This document shows, in pieces, positions 29,596 to 48,391 of a DNA stretch of 64,000 nt. Below the pieces are notes generated by a model. That model saw only the letters and a list, made by a program, of their open reading frames with translations, did no database searches and was not told the origin of the DNA. A program made the position numbers and the translations under genes. Within the stretch, counting starts at the first letter, position 1. Each line of letters starts with the position of its first letter. This DNA is from the human T2T-CHM13v2.0 reference genome, Homo sapiens: the NCBI RefSeq assembly GCF_009914755.1, contig NC_060925.1; one strand, given 5' to 3'.

Positions 29596-30009
29596 AAGGA
29601 ATTATTGTTGAACACCTATTACCACTTAACCTATGCTATCTTAACGGAAATGGTAATTCTTGCTAGAACCACCAGAAATTATTACAATCTATAGAAGAAG
29701 CAACTGGAGCTTAGAGTAAAAGTAAATTACTCAAGTTTCACAGCCCAGAGGGATATCTTTGACTTGAGGTCTATCTGACGTCAAAGTCTGTATTCTTTCC
29801 TTTACGTAAGTGATTCTTAACCTTAGCAGACCCAAAGGCTTCCTCTAATAACAAATATTTTGTGATACCGTCTTTACTTTCCTGAAATAGGATTTTAAAC
29901 AATGTTTTCTACCTATACGCATAATTGATTCCTTAACTCTAATATTAGAAACAAACTTGGATTTTAATATCCAAGTATTTGGAAAAGTTATCTTAAAAGG
30001 CATCAAGCA

Positions 30010-30717
<708 letters not shown>

Positions 30718-31459
30718 TCAATTGATTGTTTTTGTCTCTTTTTCCTCATATTCAACATTTTAAAATAAGAGATATTAATGTTTGTAAATGCTCATAGAAT
30801 TGCCATAGTGCAACAACAGGAGCAGACTGATATAAATGTTTTATGTTACAAATCCAAATAACATGGGCAGCATTGCTGTCAATGACTTGATTTTCTGAAA
30901 CGATAAATAACTCTTGGTAAGGCACTGCATAAAAAAGTACAGTCTTCCCTTGATTTACATGGTAATTGCAGCCCATAGAAATTCAGAATAAAAAATACGC
31001 TGTGTGTAACACAGAATTAGGGGCTAGGCTTAAATAGTTGATAGTTTCCCCCCATCCTTCCAGCATGAATGTCTAATAGGACATTTGAGCATCATGTGGA
31101 ATACAAAGCAGTTCTTCATGAAGCTGGGCTTCTCAAGCATTGCAATTCAAACAGAATCCTTGACCCATGCCCTGCTTCCCTCAAATGCCAGTGGTGCCAT
31201 ACAATCATTTTAACAATCAAAGAGACCCCTTGATATTTCCACCTGTTTCCTTAGAGGCCAGTATTGGCTGTCACCTCCAGCAATACTGTTTTATACTTGG
31301 TTGCTAGAGGTTAAGTAATTGTCCTACACTGTGAAGTTAGAAGATGATAAAAAGGGAGGTGCGGGAGTGAGTGGGGATGGGAAACAATAAGAGGGCGAAC
31401 AAGGAGAAAGACGTCCTGTTGGTTTTGTACTTTTAGTTTTAGGATCCATCTTTTTAAAA

Positions 31460-31985
<526 letters not shown>

Positions 31986-32043
31986 CAGGACTGTAATTAA
32001 AAGAGTAGAACATGTGTTTGGCTTGTTAAATTTGTGATATTCT

Positions 32044-33830
32044 TCCTATGCACTGACAATGGTCAAGCTGAGAACCAAATCAGGAATGCAATTTCATTCA
32101 CAATTACCACATGAAAAAAAAAATACCCAGGAATACGGCTAACCAGGGAGGTGAAAGATCTCTACAAGGAGAACTATGGAACACTGCCCAAAGAAATCAG
32201 AGATATCACTAACAAATGGAAATAGGAAGAATCAATATCATTAAAATGGCCATATTGCCCAAAGCATTTTATAGATTCAGTGCTATCCCTATTAAACTAC
32301 CAAGGACATTCTTCACAGAATTAAAAAAAAAAAACTGTTTTAAAATTCATATGGAAAGACAAAAGAGCCTGAATAGCCAAGGCAATTCTAAGTGAAAAGA
32401 ACAAAGTTGGAGACGTCATGTTATCTGAGTTCAAAATATACTATAGGGCTTTAGTAACCAAAATAACTTGGTCCTGGTACAACAATAGATATATAGACCA
32501 ATGGAACAAAAAAGAGAACCCAGAAGTAAGGCTGCATGCCTACAATTATCTGGTCCTTGACATACCTGACAAAAACAATAGGGAAAGGATTCCCTATTCA
32601 ATAAATGGTGCTGGGATGACTGGCTAGCCATATGCAGAAGATTAAAGCTGGACCTTTTCCTTATACCATATACAAAAATTAAATCAAGATGGATTAAAGA
32701 CTTTAACAAAATCCAAAATTATAAAAGCCCTGGAAGACAACCTAGGCAGTACCATTCTGGACATAGGAATGGGCAAAGATTTCATGATGAAGACATCAAA
32801 AGCAATTGCAAGAAAAAGCAAAAATTGACAAATGGGATCTAATTAAGCTAAAAAGCTTCTGCACAGCAAAGAAAACTATCAGCAGAGTAAACAGACAACC
32901 TAGAGAATTGGAGAAAATATTTGCAAACTAGGCATCTGAAAAAGGTCTAATATACAGCATCTATAAGGAAAGTTACAAGAAAAAAAACCCAACTCCATTA
33001 AAAAGTGGGCAAAGAACATGAACAGACACTTTTCAAAAGCAGACATACATGTGACCAACAGTCATATTAAAAAAAGCTTAACATCACTGATCATTAGAAA
33101 ATGCAAGTCAAAACCACAGTGATATACCGTCTCATACAAGTCAGAATAGTTATTATTAAAAAGTCAAAAAATAACAGATGCTGGTAAGATTGCAGAGAAA
33201 AAGGAACATTTAAACACTGTTGGTGGGAGTGTAAATTAGTTCAACCATTGTGGAAGACAGGGTGGTGATTCCTCAAAGACCTAAAAGTAGACATACCATT
33301 TGACCCAGCAATCCCATTACTGGATATATACCCAAAGGAATATAGATCATTTTACTGTAGAGACCCGTGCACATGTATGTTCATTGCAGCACTATTCACA
33401 ATAGCAAAGACATGGATTCAACCTAAATGCCTATCAGTAGTAGACTGGAAAAGAAAATGTGGTCCATATACACCATGGAATGCTATGCAGCCATAAAAAG
33501 AACAAAATCATGCCCTTTGCAGGAATGTGGATGGAGCTGGAGGTTATTATCCTTAGCAAACTAATGCAGAAACAGAAAACCACATACTGCGTATTAGCAC
33601 TTATAAGTGGAAGTGAAATGATGAGAATGCATGGACACATAGAAAGAAGCAACAGACACTGGGGCCTAGTGGAGGGTGGAGGATGGGAGGAGGGAGAAGA
33701 TCAGGGAGAATAACTAGTGGGTACTAGGCTTAATACCTGGGTGATGAAATAATCTGTACAACAAACTCCCATGACACAAGTTTATCTGTACAACCTGCAC
33801 ATGTACCCCGAACTTTAAATGAAAAAAATC
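32044..33830 (+). mobile_element. 5'-truncated L1PA (3' part of ORF2 and 3'UTR)
   Basis: ORF2 C-terminal fragments ([23 protein letters not shown]), a G-rich 3'UTR and an A-rich end. Possible TSD AAATTTGTGAT(A/G)T at about 32028 / 33858. Confidence 0.9.
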
Positions 33831-34229
33831 ATGTAAAATTGAGTAGCGATTTTAGAAAAATTTGTGATGTCTCAATCTTTTGTAATATCTTGAAGTGTCA
33901 CCTGTTGCTGTGGCTATTTGACAGGTTTATAGAGTCCTATAGCAGGTGCAAAAGTTAGGGTGGAATGATAGGGAAGCATAGGGTTTGAGATCAGATGGGG
34001 AGGAGGGTTTCAGGGTAGGGTGGCCTGTCCTGGGTTTGATTCCTGTAGATGACACCTTCTAGCCATTTTCTCACTAATAAAATGTACAATGAATTACCTT
34101 ATAGGTCTGTTGTGAGAATTAAATGAAATAGCATGTTAGGTGTCCAGAACAATGGTACAATGGTTCAATAAATGTTACTCCTGTTTTCCTCAAAAAAGAT
34201 GCTGGATGACACTTATTTTTGCAAATTTT

Positions 34230-36560
<2,331 letters not shown>

Positions 36561-38261
36561 CCCTGTAGTACATTTTTATGATGACTTTTAGGTGTTTTAG
36601 TTTAGAAGAAACATCTTTCTCTCTCAAGATGTTTGATATTTTCTCAGGTGGCCCATATTTTCCCCATAGAGTGCTCATCTCTTTCTGTCAGAATTCCTGT
36701 TGTAGGGTGTAGTAAGGAATAGACTGTCTTCCCCCATCACTCCCTCTGACACCTGAATGGCTCACCATGCTTACTTTCCAATTTTCCATGATTCATTTGG
36801 GTGGTTTTTAAATATCACACTCTCTTCAGACATTTCATTGTAGGGGTTAGAATTCAGCCTCGTGGGCCAAAAGGAACACAGTGCTCTACGAACTTCTGCC
36901 AAACAAATTTTAAAGTTTTGTTTAAGGATCCTTTTGAGGTCTAATGGCAATCTTTTACAAGTTATATTTGTATATTTGGTAATTTGGAACGTTTAATCCA
37001 CAAATCTCTTTACTAATAATTATAATGTATAATTATGATGTTTTATAAACCATCCTATTCCAGCATATAAAATGTCCCCTGTTATAGTCTCTCTTTGCCT
37101 GTTTAGAATCTCTTCCATCTTTAATGTTAAACAAGAGGAGGCTTTTAAGAAGATAAGTGGTTCAGAAAGCATGGAAAATTTAACAGCACCTGACGGGGGA
37201 AATAGCAGTGATTTATGATGTCTTTCAAATTGGCATGCAATGTTGCAGCATTATTAGACTAGGATAAGCTCAGGTATCTCCTCTGAGTGTAAAAAGATTG
37301 TGGGAGAGGATGATATATATATATATATATGGCTATATGCATTTGATTTATTTTATTCGTTGGTTTAGTATTTGTGTAATGTCCACAAAGGCAAGACTTA
37401 CACCTATTCCAATTCTTTATCCTTTTCTTATGTCTCAAGGATTGCTTTGGGATTTTGATTTTCTTGGATACACAGTTCCCTTTATTATATTTCATTAGTA
37501 AAGAAAGTGTTCTTTTGGTTATGCTGGGAAGTCATTTGGTAGATTCAAAATATGAATCTGACTGTTTTTCTTTTTTTGGATAGAATTCTTATTTGTCATA
37601 TTATTTTACTCATTAGTAATACTGAAAAAAGTAGTTCTACTGGAGAAGAGCACAAAGAGTGATGATTCACCTTTTATTTAAGGCTTGCCACTGCTGACCC
37701 AGGGCAGCTAATTTAGAAGTGAATCATTTATAGAAAGTTCTACACAGTTCAGGACAGAGCTTTATACAATATACTCATGAAGGTCTAAATAGAGCATACG
37801 GTATCAGGTTTCTAAATATCTGTCTTGTCGCCAATTTTATGTCTTTTCCAGCCTGTGAAACTTGTTTCTAGATGACTGTAGCTATTGACAAGATGAAGTC
37901 AAAGGCACTGTATATATATAATGATGCATATTTTAAAACTAATCCTAGAAATTTAGTACATGCATTATACTGGGAAAATAATAGGCTGAGATTTTAAATT
38001 ACTGTGTTTATAATACAAAGAAACAAATGTAACTAGTCATTTTTAAAACTAGTTGGAATAAATTTTAAAATCATTTATAATAATTTAAATTAAATAATGT
38101 TATTGCTATTTTGATATTTATGTTTGGCTTTTAAAGTCTAATTATAAATAGTTATATTATGCAAACTGTCTTACTCCTTTTAGAAAGTGAGGGGTTTATT
38201 AAATGAACACAATATATTTGGTTCCATACAGAGTATAAAACTGTATAGTCTCTTCTAGAAG

Positions 38262-38505
38262 GTTTTTTTTTTGCTCCTCCTCCTCTTCTTCCTCTTCCTC
38301 TCCTTCTTTCTCCTCCTCCTCCTTCCTTCTCCTTCTTCTTCTTCTTTTTTCTTCTTCTTCTTTCTTCTTCTTTTGTTTCTTCTTCTTCTTTTTTTTTTTC
38401 TTTAAGAAAAGAAGAGGTCCCACTGAGTTGCCCAGGCTGTCTCGAACTCCTGAGCGCAAGTGATCCTCCTACCTTGGCTGGGACTATAGGTGTGTGCTGT
38501 CACAC
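38262..38505 (-). repeat. Alu monomer whose tail has become a ~140-bp (CTT/CCT)n polypyrimidine tract
   Basis: Almost pure C/T triplet tract at 38263-38403, next to Alu-monomer sequence at 38415-38505. Flanking TCTTCTA(G/A)AAG is a likely TSD. Confidence 0.85.
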
Positions 38506-39564
38506 CTGTCTTCTAAAAGTTTTAAATTCAAAGCTGTGTTTATATTTACATCACAGCTACAGTATCATGGGTTAGAAAAAGCCCGAATTCTAGTTCTGAC
38601 TTTGTCATTCGCTAGCTGTGTGACCCTACACAAATCACTTAACATGTCTGAGCTGGTTTTCTTTTCTGCACAGGGCATATTGATACTTGTCTTCAAGACC
38701 TGACTCACAAGGATTTAGTTCAGCTAACGCATTAGGAAGTGACCAGTAACTTAGATGTCCCCACACAGATAATAGTTGTCAGAGAGGCATTGCCGGGAAA
38801 ACACCCTGGAGTTGGACAACCAGGGTTGGAGTTCCAACTGCACCAATTACTATATATGTGACCCTACACAAGCCATTTTCTCCTCTAAACCTTTGTTTTC
38901 TAATCTATAAAAAAATGGTATTATGATACATCTCACATAAAATTGTTGTTGATAATTAAATGAGGTAACATATGAAAGTAGCTGGTACATTAATCAGTGT
39001 TTCTTGGACCTTAATGTTGATTTTGAAAAAAGTCCTTGCTGACCTTCCTCTCCCCAGCTCATTTACTTTCACGATACAGCATTTCACTGGAAGTGGGAGC
39101 CAGTATCCAAACTGTGTACAAATAAGAGAGATGAGCAGTTTCCCAGTCTATGCATATAATTGAAGACTAGTTTGAGTTCTAGAAGTTCCTTGATATGACA
39201 CATTTACCAAATATTTTGGGGGCAATTATGTAGCATAAGACACTCAGCTTTTTGGAAGAGTTTTGAGCAATGTGATTCTGTCCCTGTGGCTTAGGTAGAG
39301 CTGATCCTTTCTTTTCAAGCACTTAGGGTACATGACTATTTTTTTTTCTCCCCCATAATTATTTTATTCTTAGTTTCAGGTTGTTTTTAATTCCTATAAC
39401 TTTAAGGACAGTAATTTAGATGGAGGTCAAATAATTATTATTTTTTCTCTTTGAAGAAAAGTCTTTGAGACTTAGATAATAAGAACAACCCAGATAAAAC
39501 CTTAGTCACTAACAAAGGAACCATAATCCAGGTGGTTTTCTTATGTATAAATATGTGGTACTAA

Positions 39565-41270
<1,706 letters not shown>

Positions 41271-41759
41271 GAGCTTTTTAGTTTAAAAAGTATATTTATA
41301 CACTTACTGAATTTTTGTAATGACCATTTGATGTAGACCAAACTTTAATAATGCCACAATTTACGTGAGGATCAAGGAGGCCAAATGACTCAACTAAACC
41401 CCCTGAGACTGAAGGGTACATAATTGAAACTAGATCCAGAACTCTTAACTCTTAATCCATTATTTTCATCTCTTACGTTTCTTTTTCTCTTCTTTCTATT
41501 TAACACATTACAAGAATGAGACTATTCCAGTCTATCGATTTATTTATTTTACTGATATTGGAAGTAAGGAGGAGAGATTGTCTGAAATTTTTGTTAGGGG
41601 TGATAGAATATGAAATTAGGATGCCATAATACCTCAGCGTATTAAAAGAAACACAATTCACCATGTACTTTAGATATTTTTTAAAGGATAAAATGAGATG
41701 GTAGGCAGAAAGAACTTTTAAACTATGAAGAATTATAAAGATACAAGGCATAATGATTC

Positions 41760-42660
41760 TATCAGTTAGGAACCTTTTAGTTGAAAGTAACAGAAAATCC
41801 AACCCAGGATGGCTTGGTGAAATTTATTGACTCATGTAACTAAACATTCTGGGATAGGACTGTGTATCAGACAGCGTGTTTTCAGCTGCAAGTAACAGAA
41901 AACTACTTACTCAAACTGGCTAAACCAAGATAACTTAACTTATTATTTTACATAAAAGAGAGCTGTGTGTGGTGGCTTGTGCCTGTAATCCCAGCGCTTT
42001 TGGAGGCCAAGCAGGAGGATCGCTTAGGCCCACAAGTTTGAGACTAGCCTGGGCAACATGGTGAGACCATGTCTCTATGAAAAATAAAAAAATTAGCTGT
42101 GTTTGGTAGTATGTGCCTGTGGTCCCAGCTACTAGGGAGGCTGAGGCAGGAGGATCACTTGAGCCTGGGGGGTTGAGGCTGCAGTAAACCATGATCACAC
42201 TACTGTGTTCCAACCTTGATGACAGAGTGAGACCCTGTCTCAAAATAAATAAGAGGTAGAGTGGGCTCCAAATTGGTTAACTGAGCAACTCACCGATGTC
42301 ACCAAGGACTTAGGTTTATTTCTTCTTTTTGCTTTGCCATTCTTGGCATTGGTGTCTTTCTCAGCTGGCAGGAAGATGGTGGTAGAAATTCCTAGACCAC
42401 ACACAGATAAGGCAAAATACAGAGGAAGAAAGGGACTGTCTCTTTCTGTGTTTCTTTATTAGGCGTGAAAAAATATTTTCCAGAGCTTCCTGGACATCTT
42501 CCTCCTATATCTTATAAGCTGGCATTGGGCCACATGCTTACACCTAAACCATCACTTAGGCTAGTTCACTTTTATGCCTGGAATAGGGGGATGTGAGTCA
42601 TTTTCCTCCAAAGTGCTTGCAATCTGTACACATCTGGGAATTGTGTTAGGAGGGGAAAAG
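41760..42660. mobile_element. Old MaLR LTR fragments (MLT1J/K/L-like) interrupted by an Alu
   Basis: Two (G/C)AAGTAACAGAAAA LTR-end motifs (about 41785 and 41890) and downstream CTTCCTCCTATATCTTAT..GGCATTGGGCCACATG. Confidence 0.55.
41961..42252 (+). mobile_element. AluJ
   Basis: Diverged full Alu. Confidence 0.85.
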
Positions 42661-43162
42661 AGTGGACAATCTCCAGTGCCCACCCCTGACTGTCTCGAAG
42701 TAAGACTGGAGCCAGAGGCTCTGCTTTCCTCATGTCAGCGTTGTTGCCAGGCCCACTCTTCTAATGTTTGCAGTGATAACTGCAGTCATTTTAGACCTCA
42801 TATAATTTAGAAGAAGTGAGGGACACAGAACCACCGTTTGGTAGCTTCTATGGAAAAGAGAAGAGGATTCTTTCCCCAAACCCCCAATAAGTTCATTCTT
42901 GGATTTTCTTGGCCTAAATTGGTAGTCATTAAGCAATTTAAACCTGAGGATGTGGTCACTCCCACCCAAGCTACCATATGGCTTAAAATGGGGAAGAGAA
43001 GTTTCCAAAGGAAAATTAGGGGGAAAGGGAATAGATACTGAAGATGTTGATGTCTAGCACAATAATAACAATTCAAGGCCCTCCATCTTCTGGCCCCAAA
43101 GGGCAATAGCTTTCTCCTTCAATTAGTCTGTCTTCCATATAGATGAGGCAGAGTGATAAGCA

Positions 43163-43500
43163 TGCAGTCCCCAATCTTTATGGCACCAGGGACTGGTTTC
43201 ATGGAAGACAGTTTTTCCATGTATTGGGACAAGTGGGATGGTCTCTGGATGAAACTGTTCCACCTCAGATCATCAGGCATTAGATTATCATAAGGTGCAG
43301 GCAATCTAGATCCCTCGCATGTGCAGCTCACCTTAGGGTTCATGCTCCTATGAGAGTGTAATGCCGCTGCTGATATGACAGAAGGCTGAACTCAGTCAGT
43401 AATGCTTGCCTGCCTGCTACTCACCTCCTGCTGTGTGGCCTGGTTCCTAACAGGCCAAGGGCTGGTACCAGTCTGCAGCCTAGGGGTTGGGGACCCCTGC
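43163..43500. mobile_element. hAT-Charlie MITE (MER1B-like)
   Basis: GTCCCCAATCTTTATGGCACCAGGGACTGGTTTCATGGAAGACAGTTTTTCC at one end and GGGGTTGGGGACCCCTG at the other. Confidence 0.8.
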
Positions 43501-43549
43501 AATAAGACAAATAAGGCTAGTAAGATAAAATCCCTACCTACTAAAAGGT

Positions 43550-43865
43550 TTTATTTTAATTTTATTTTTTTTGAGATAGAGTCTCGCTCTGTCACCCAGG
43601 CTGAGGTGCAGTGGTGCAATCTCGGCTCACTGTAACCTCTGCCTCCTGGGTTCAAGCGATTCTCCTGCCTCAGCCTCCTGAGTAGCTGGGATTACAGGCA
43701 CCTGCCACCATGCCTGGCTATTTTTTTTTTTTATTTTTAGAGATGGGTTTTCACCATGTTGGCCAGGCTAGTCTCGAACTCCTGACCTTAGGTGATCTGC
43801 CTGCCTCAGCCTCCCAAAGTAATCCCAAAGCCTGGGATTACAGGTGTGAGTCACTGCGCCCAGCC
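43550..43865 (-). mobile_element. AluS
   Basis: Full Alu consensus. Confidence 0.88.
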
Positions 43866-43884
43866 TAAAGACATGAGATTCTAA

Positions 43885-44203
43885 AGCTGAACTGCCCAAT
43901 GTTGTAACCACTAGCCGAATTTGGATACTGAGCACTTTAAATGTAGCTGGTTCTTCCAAATTGAGACAAGATGTAAGGGTAAATACATGCTGGATCTTAA
44001 AAACTTAATTTAAAAAATGAAAACCATCTTAATAATTTTTACATTGATTATAGGCTGAAATGACAATATTTTGGATATACTGGGTTATATAGTTTTAAAT
44101 TAAATTAATTCAGCTATTTCTTCTTACTTTTGTTACTGTGACTATTAGAAAATTTAAAATTATTTAGCTTACATTGTATTTCTATTGGGCAGTGATGCTC
44201 TAG
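43885..44203. mobile_element. hAT-Charlie MITE (MER33/MER3-like)
   Basis: CTGCCCAAT..CCACTAGCC..TGAGCACTTTAAATGTAGCT at one end and TATTTCTATTGGGCAGTG at the other (inverted ends). Confidence 0.7.
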
Positions 44204-44692
44204 AAAATGAAATAGTCATGGGTACTCCATCAGTTATGGAAATAGGCAATGATGGCAGTAAAGCAACAAATACAGATTACCCCAGAAGGTGTTAAGGATT
44301 TCATTGTACAATGAAAAACATCATTAAGATTATATCTACTGAATCAGTCATTTTCCTTACGTTGTGTGATACCTTGTTACGAGTTTACTTTCCAAATCTT
44401 TTTTGATTTAGTTTAGTTTGTCCGTCAGAGAGTGTTATATTTTAAAAAAAAGTTAAATGCTGCCTTTCACTGCCTGTTGTGTAGCGTACTTAGATTCTGG
44501 AAGCAAATATTTCTTAGAGGAGCATTGATAATATGGCCACTTCACTGTTAGTTTTATTGTTTTCATATGAGTATGAGTGAGGGTATGAAAGCTCACAGTA
44601 GCTTCTTAAGGTTCCTTCTGACTTAAATGTTCATTATCTTTTGATGAGTGAATGAGCAGGAACTTTGCATTCTTTAGAAACTAGTGTATCAC

Positions 44693-45014
<322 letters not shown>

Positions 45015-47461
45015 TTATTTTGCAGTTCAAAATATAAAATCTTTGAGGATGCTTGAATTTCTAGACCTTTATCATATACTTAGAGGTATATTTGCTGATA
45101 GTTGTGCATTGATACTGTGATAGCTTCTTATTCTCCCGTGAAGAACTGATCTGAAGTCATGGAGCTTTAGTTACCTGCTGCTCTTATTCCACCTTGCAGT
45201 GGCTATCACATTCCTACAGGTTTTCAACACAGCTTCCCATGAAGTTCCATTCACTGAAAGATATAGCTGGCTCCATTCCTTACAGAAAAAAGAAACTAAT
45301 GCCCTGCTTGCCAACTTTTGGCTGTCTAGAATGGAATGTTATTCTGCACGGGAGGAAGCACGATGGAAAAGGGTTCTTCTACCTGCAGGAAATCTAATGT
45401 TTGCTTTGTAGTGAAGCATGCGAAAAGTTGAAAGAAAGGAAGCAAAGGAAGAGGCTTGGTCATTAGAAGTTCAGTTTGTGTGAGATTTCCTTTTTTTCCT
45501 TTTTGTTTTTCTCTATCCTGTTATACCATCATGGTATTTTAATTTTTTTTTTCCTAGCTAATGGGTAAATTGCTTTTATATTGGTGTTTGGGACCCACTG
45601 TGAATACCATGGACAGATTCACCGGAAAAAAAAAAAAAAAAAACAACAAACCAAGGAGGAGAAAAATGTTGTTTCTTCTACTTACTTCCCATCATTTTGT
45701 GAAGGAGAGTCAGAAAAGCTGTTTTCTACACATACTCCCTTCTCCCTCAACCCATTCACAGTGATTTTTGTCAGCAAACTAATATGCCATTGATTTTACA
45801 GTTAGGATCAGAAATATGCACCATTCTTGACTTAACCGATTTTTTTCCCCCTGAGAACAATATCATTTTTACACTAGAGAATATGTGCAAAAACTTATTA
45901 TCTACAAAGCTGAATGTATTTTGCCCTTGCCGGGAACATAAAGGGTTAAATTGAAGGCTCAACAAAGACTGGGATGAAAAGAGGACAAGTTGGGGGGCCA
46001 TAGTTGTTTCCTGTAGGCATTCACTGTTTTGTAGCCAGTGGCATTTTTTTTTGTCCTCATCACTAGCTCCTTTAACACACCTCTGGGATTTGCTCTGAGC
46101 TTGGCTGAACACTCTTGACCTTTGATTGTATAGCAGGGACAGCTTTATTTTATGAAGCTCTTCTGATTCAGACACATTTTGACATGGCCTAAAAAGCCAT
46201 TCAGTAAGTAGTAAATGCACCCTATTTCTGAGTGGGATGCAGGTTATGGATGTGTTAAGGCTCAATCAAGGTTCTGTTAGGAATTAGGACTGGTGTGAAA
46301 CTCCAGGATACTGGGAGAGGGTTGAGAGTGAGGCCTGAGGTAAGGATCCGGGATGGAGGAAGAGGCTTGCAATGCCTGTGGTGGACATTATCTGATAAAT
46401 TTCATTTAGTGATTTCGGCATGAAACAGCCATATTAAAATGCCCTTTCTGGCTTATTAAATAGAAGCTACTCAGTACATGTTTGTTGAACTTAGCTTCTT
46501 AACCGATGATACCTTTTCAACCCTGCTTCTCTTCTTCTATAATTTGGGCCCCACAAGTTACCCAGATTATGGTTGACAAACTTGAGTAGCACTGCACATT
46601 TTAGTCAAGTGAGTCATATTTTTGAAGGAAAATGAGGTCAAATAAAGACTTGGTAAACATAAAAAGCCCCTTTGAAATCTCCACACAACTTTTCACCATT
46701 TGGTTTCTTTTTTGCTCTCTTTTTACTGTCACATGAATTGGTACAAGTTGTTTTAAAATCTCCAGACCCCAATTCCATGGCCCCCCTCCCCCCTTTTTAA
46801 ATTGGGTTAATAGTCTTTAAAGTCCATTTTAGTTCTAAAACATACTGATTTTAACACCTCATTCACTAAATAAATTGCTTTTTTTCAGGCACTATAATGC
46901 AAGATAAATAAAATTGTCTATATTTAAAAATGTATTTACCAACTTTCAAATATAGGCTTGCCTATATTTTAATTGTAGTGTATGCATGATGCAGACCTTT
47001 GGGACTATAACCTTTGATTTCAGCATTATAAAATGTCAGGTCCCTTGGCAGAAACCACTTTAAAATGGGTGAGACCTGAACTCAAATCCTTGGCTCTGAC
47101 AAGTACTGGCTGTGTGACCTTAGGCAAATTACTTATTTTTACCAGGCTTCAGTTTCCTCATTTGTAATATGGTGATACCAATGTCCTTTATAAAGTTACT
47201 GTAAAGATGAAGTGAGATAATGGGATGTAAATTGTCTAGCGTGAAGCCTGGCCTACAGGAAACCCTCAATACATGTTACCTAATGCTACTGTCTGAAAAT
47301 GTGTCCCAGAATCTCTCTAGCCAACATAAAAACACATTTTATGATGTAACTCTTTACATCATAAATTGAGGAGTATTTCAGTCAATAAATGTTTATAAAT
47401 AAATTAACGGTCAGATGTATTCCAAGTGGAAATGGACCTGACATTTTATTTTTCTTTGCAG

Positions 47462-47647
47462 ATCTTATATTGCACTTTAAACACACCTAAAATTGACATG
47501 GAAAGACTCTTAGGAGGACAACTAGGACTAGAAGATTTCATATTTGCCCATGTGAAAGGAATCGAAAAAGAAGTGAATGTGTATAAATCTGAGGATTCAC
47601 TTGGTCTCACCATTACAGATAATGGTGTTGGCTATGCTTTTATAAAG
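47462..47647 (+). CDS. GIPC2: GIPC2 coding exon 2 (end of GH1 and start of PDZ, with SLGL carboxylate-binding loop)
   Basis: Acceptor ttttctttgcag|ATC; encodes [33 protein letters not shown]...[19 protein letters not shown]; donor AAG|GTAAGT. 186 nt, phase 0-0, in frame with exon 1. Confidence 0.97.
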
Positions 47648-48061
47648 GTAAGTTTTAAAAAATAACAGTGTAACCTAATTGAGGATAACATTTAAGAAAA
47701 TCTACCAGGCCAAAGAAAGTTAGAAATGATCTTCAGAGTGAGAGCCCGCTCAGCAAGGATGCATGAATTGGTAATGTTTCACTTTCATTTTAAAAATGTT
47801 CAGATATCAGTTTGTGTTTACTATTTTCTTAATTTCTTCCCTTTAGTTTAAACTTCCCCTAGAATTTAGAACTAACTGAAAGGAAAGTCTAACCCTGGTG
47901 CCTACTCATTATCCATATAAGCTTTTCCATGTCTGTAGGTTTTAACATCTGATGAATTTCTGGCTTATTTCCATTGAATTAGTGTTATTTCCAACTGTTC
48001 CTAGTTTTGACTGCCTTATTTACTTCTTTAAAAATGCCCTTCAAAATTTTAGGAAGTATAT

Positions 48062-48391
48062 AAAGTTGGATCTCTGTATCTGTAGGTTCTGTATTAGTGG
48101 ATTCAACCAACCACAGATTAAAGGTAGTTGAAAAAATGGCATCTGTACTGAACATGTATGGCCTTTTTACTTGTCATTATTTCCTAAACAATACAGTACA
48201 ACTGCTTATGTAGCATTGCCATTGTGTTAGGTATTATAATCTAGAGATGATTTAAAGTATATAGAAGGATGTGGATAGGTTATATGCAAATACTACACCA
48301 TTTTATACCAGGGACTTGAACATCAGTGGAATTTTAGTATTGATGGTGTGTCCTGGAACCAATCCCCCATGGATACCCAGGGCCAACTGTA
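48062..48391. mobile_element. TcMar-Tigger MITE (MER2-like)
   Basis: GGATTCAACCAACCACAGATT..GTCCTGGAACCAATCCCCCATGGATACCCAGGGCCAACTGTA, with TIR-like ends. Confidence 0.8.

Noticed and set aside
38199-38459. Lys/Glu/Arg-rich 86-aa ORF
   Set aside because: Translation of the GAA/GGA repeat tract and adjacent Alu.
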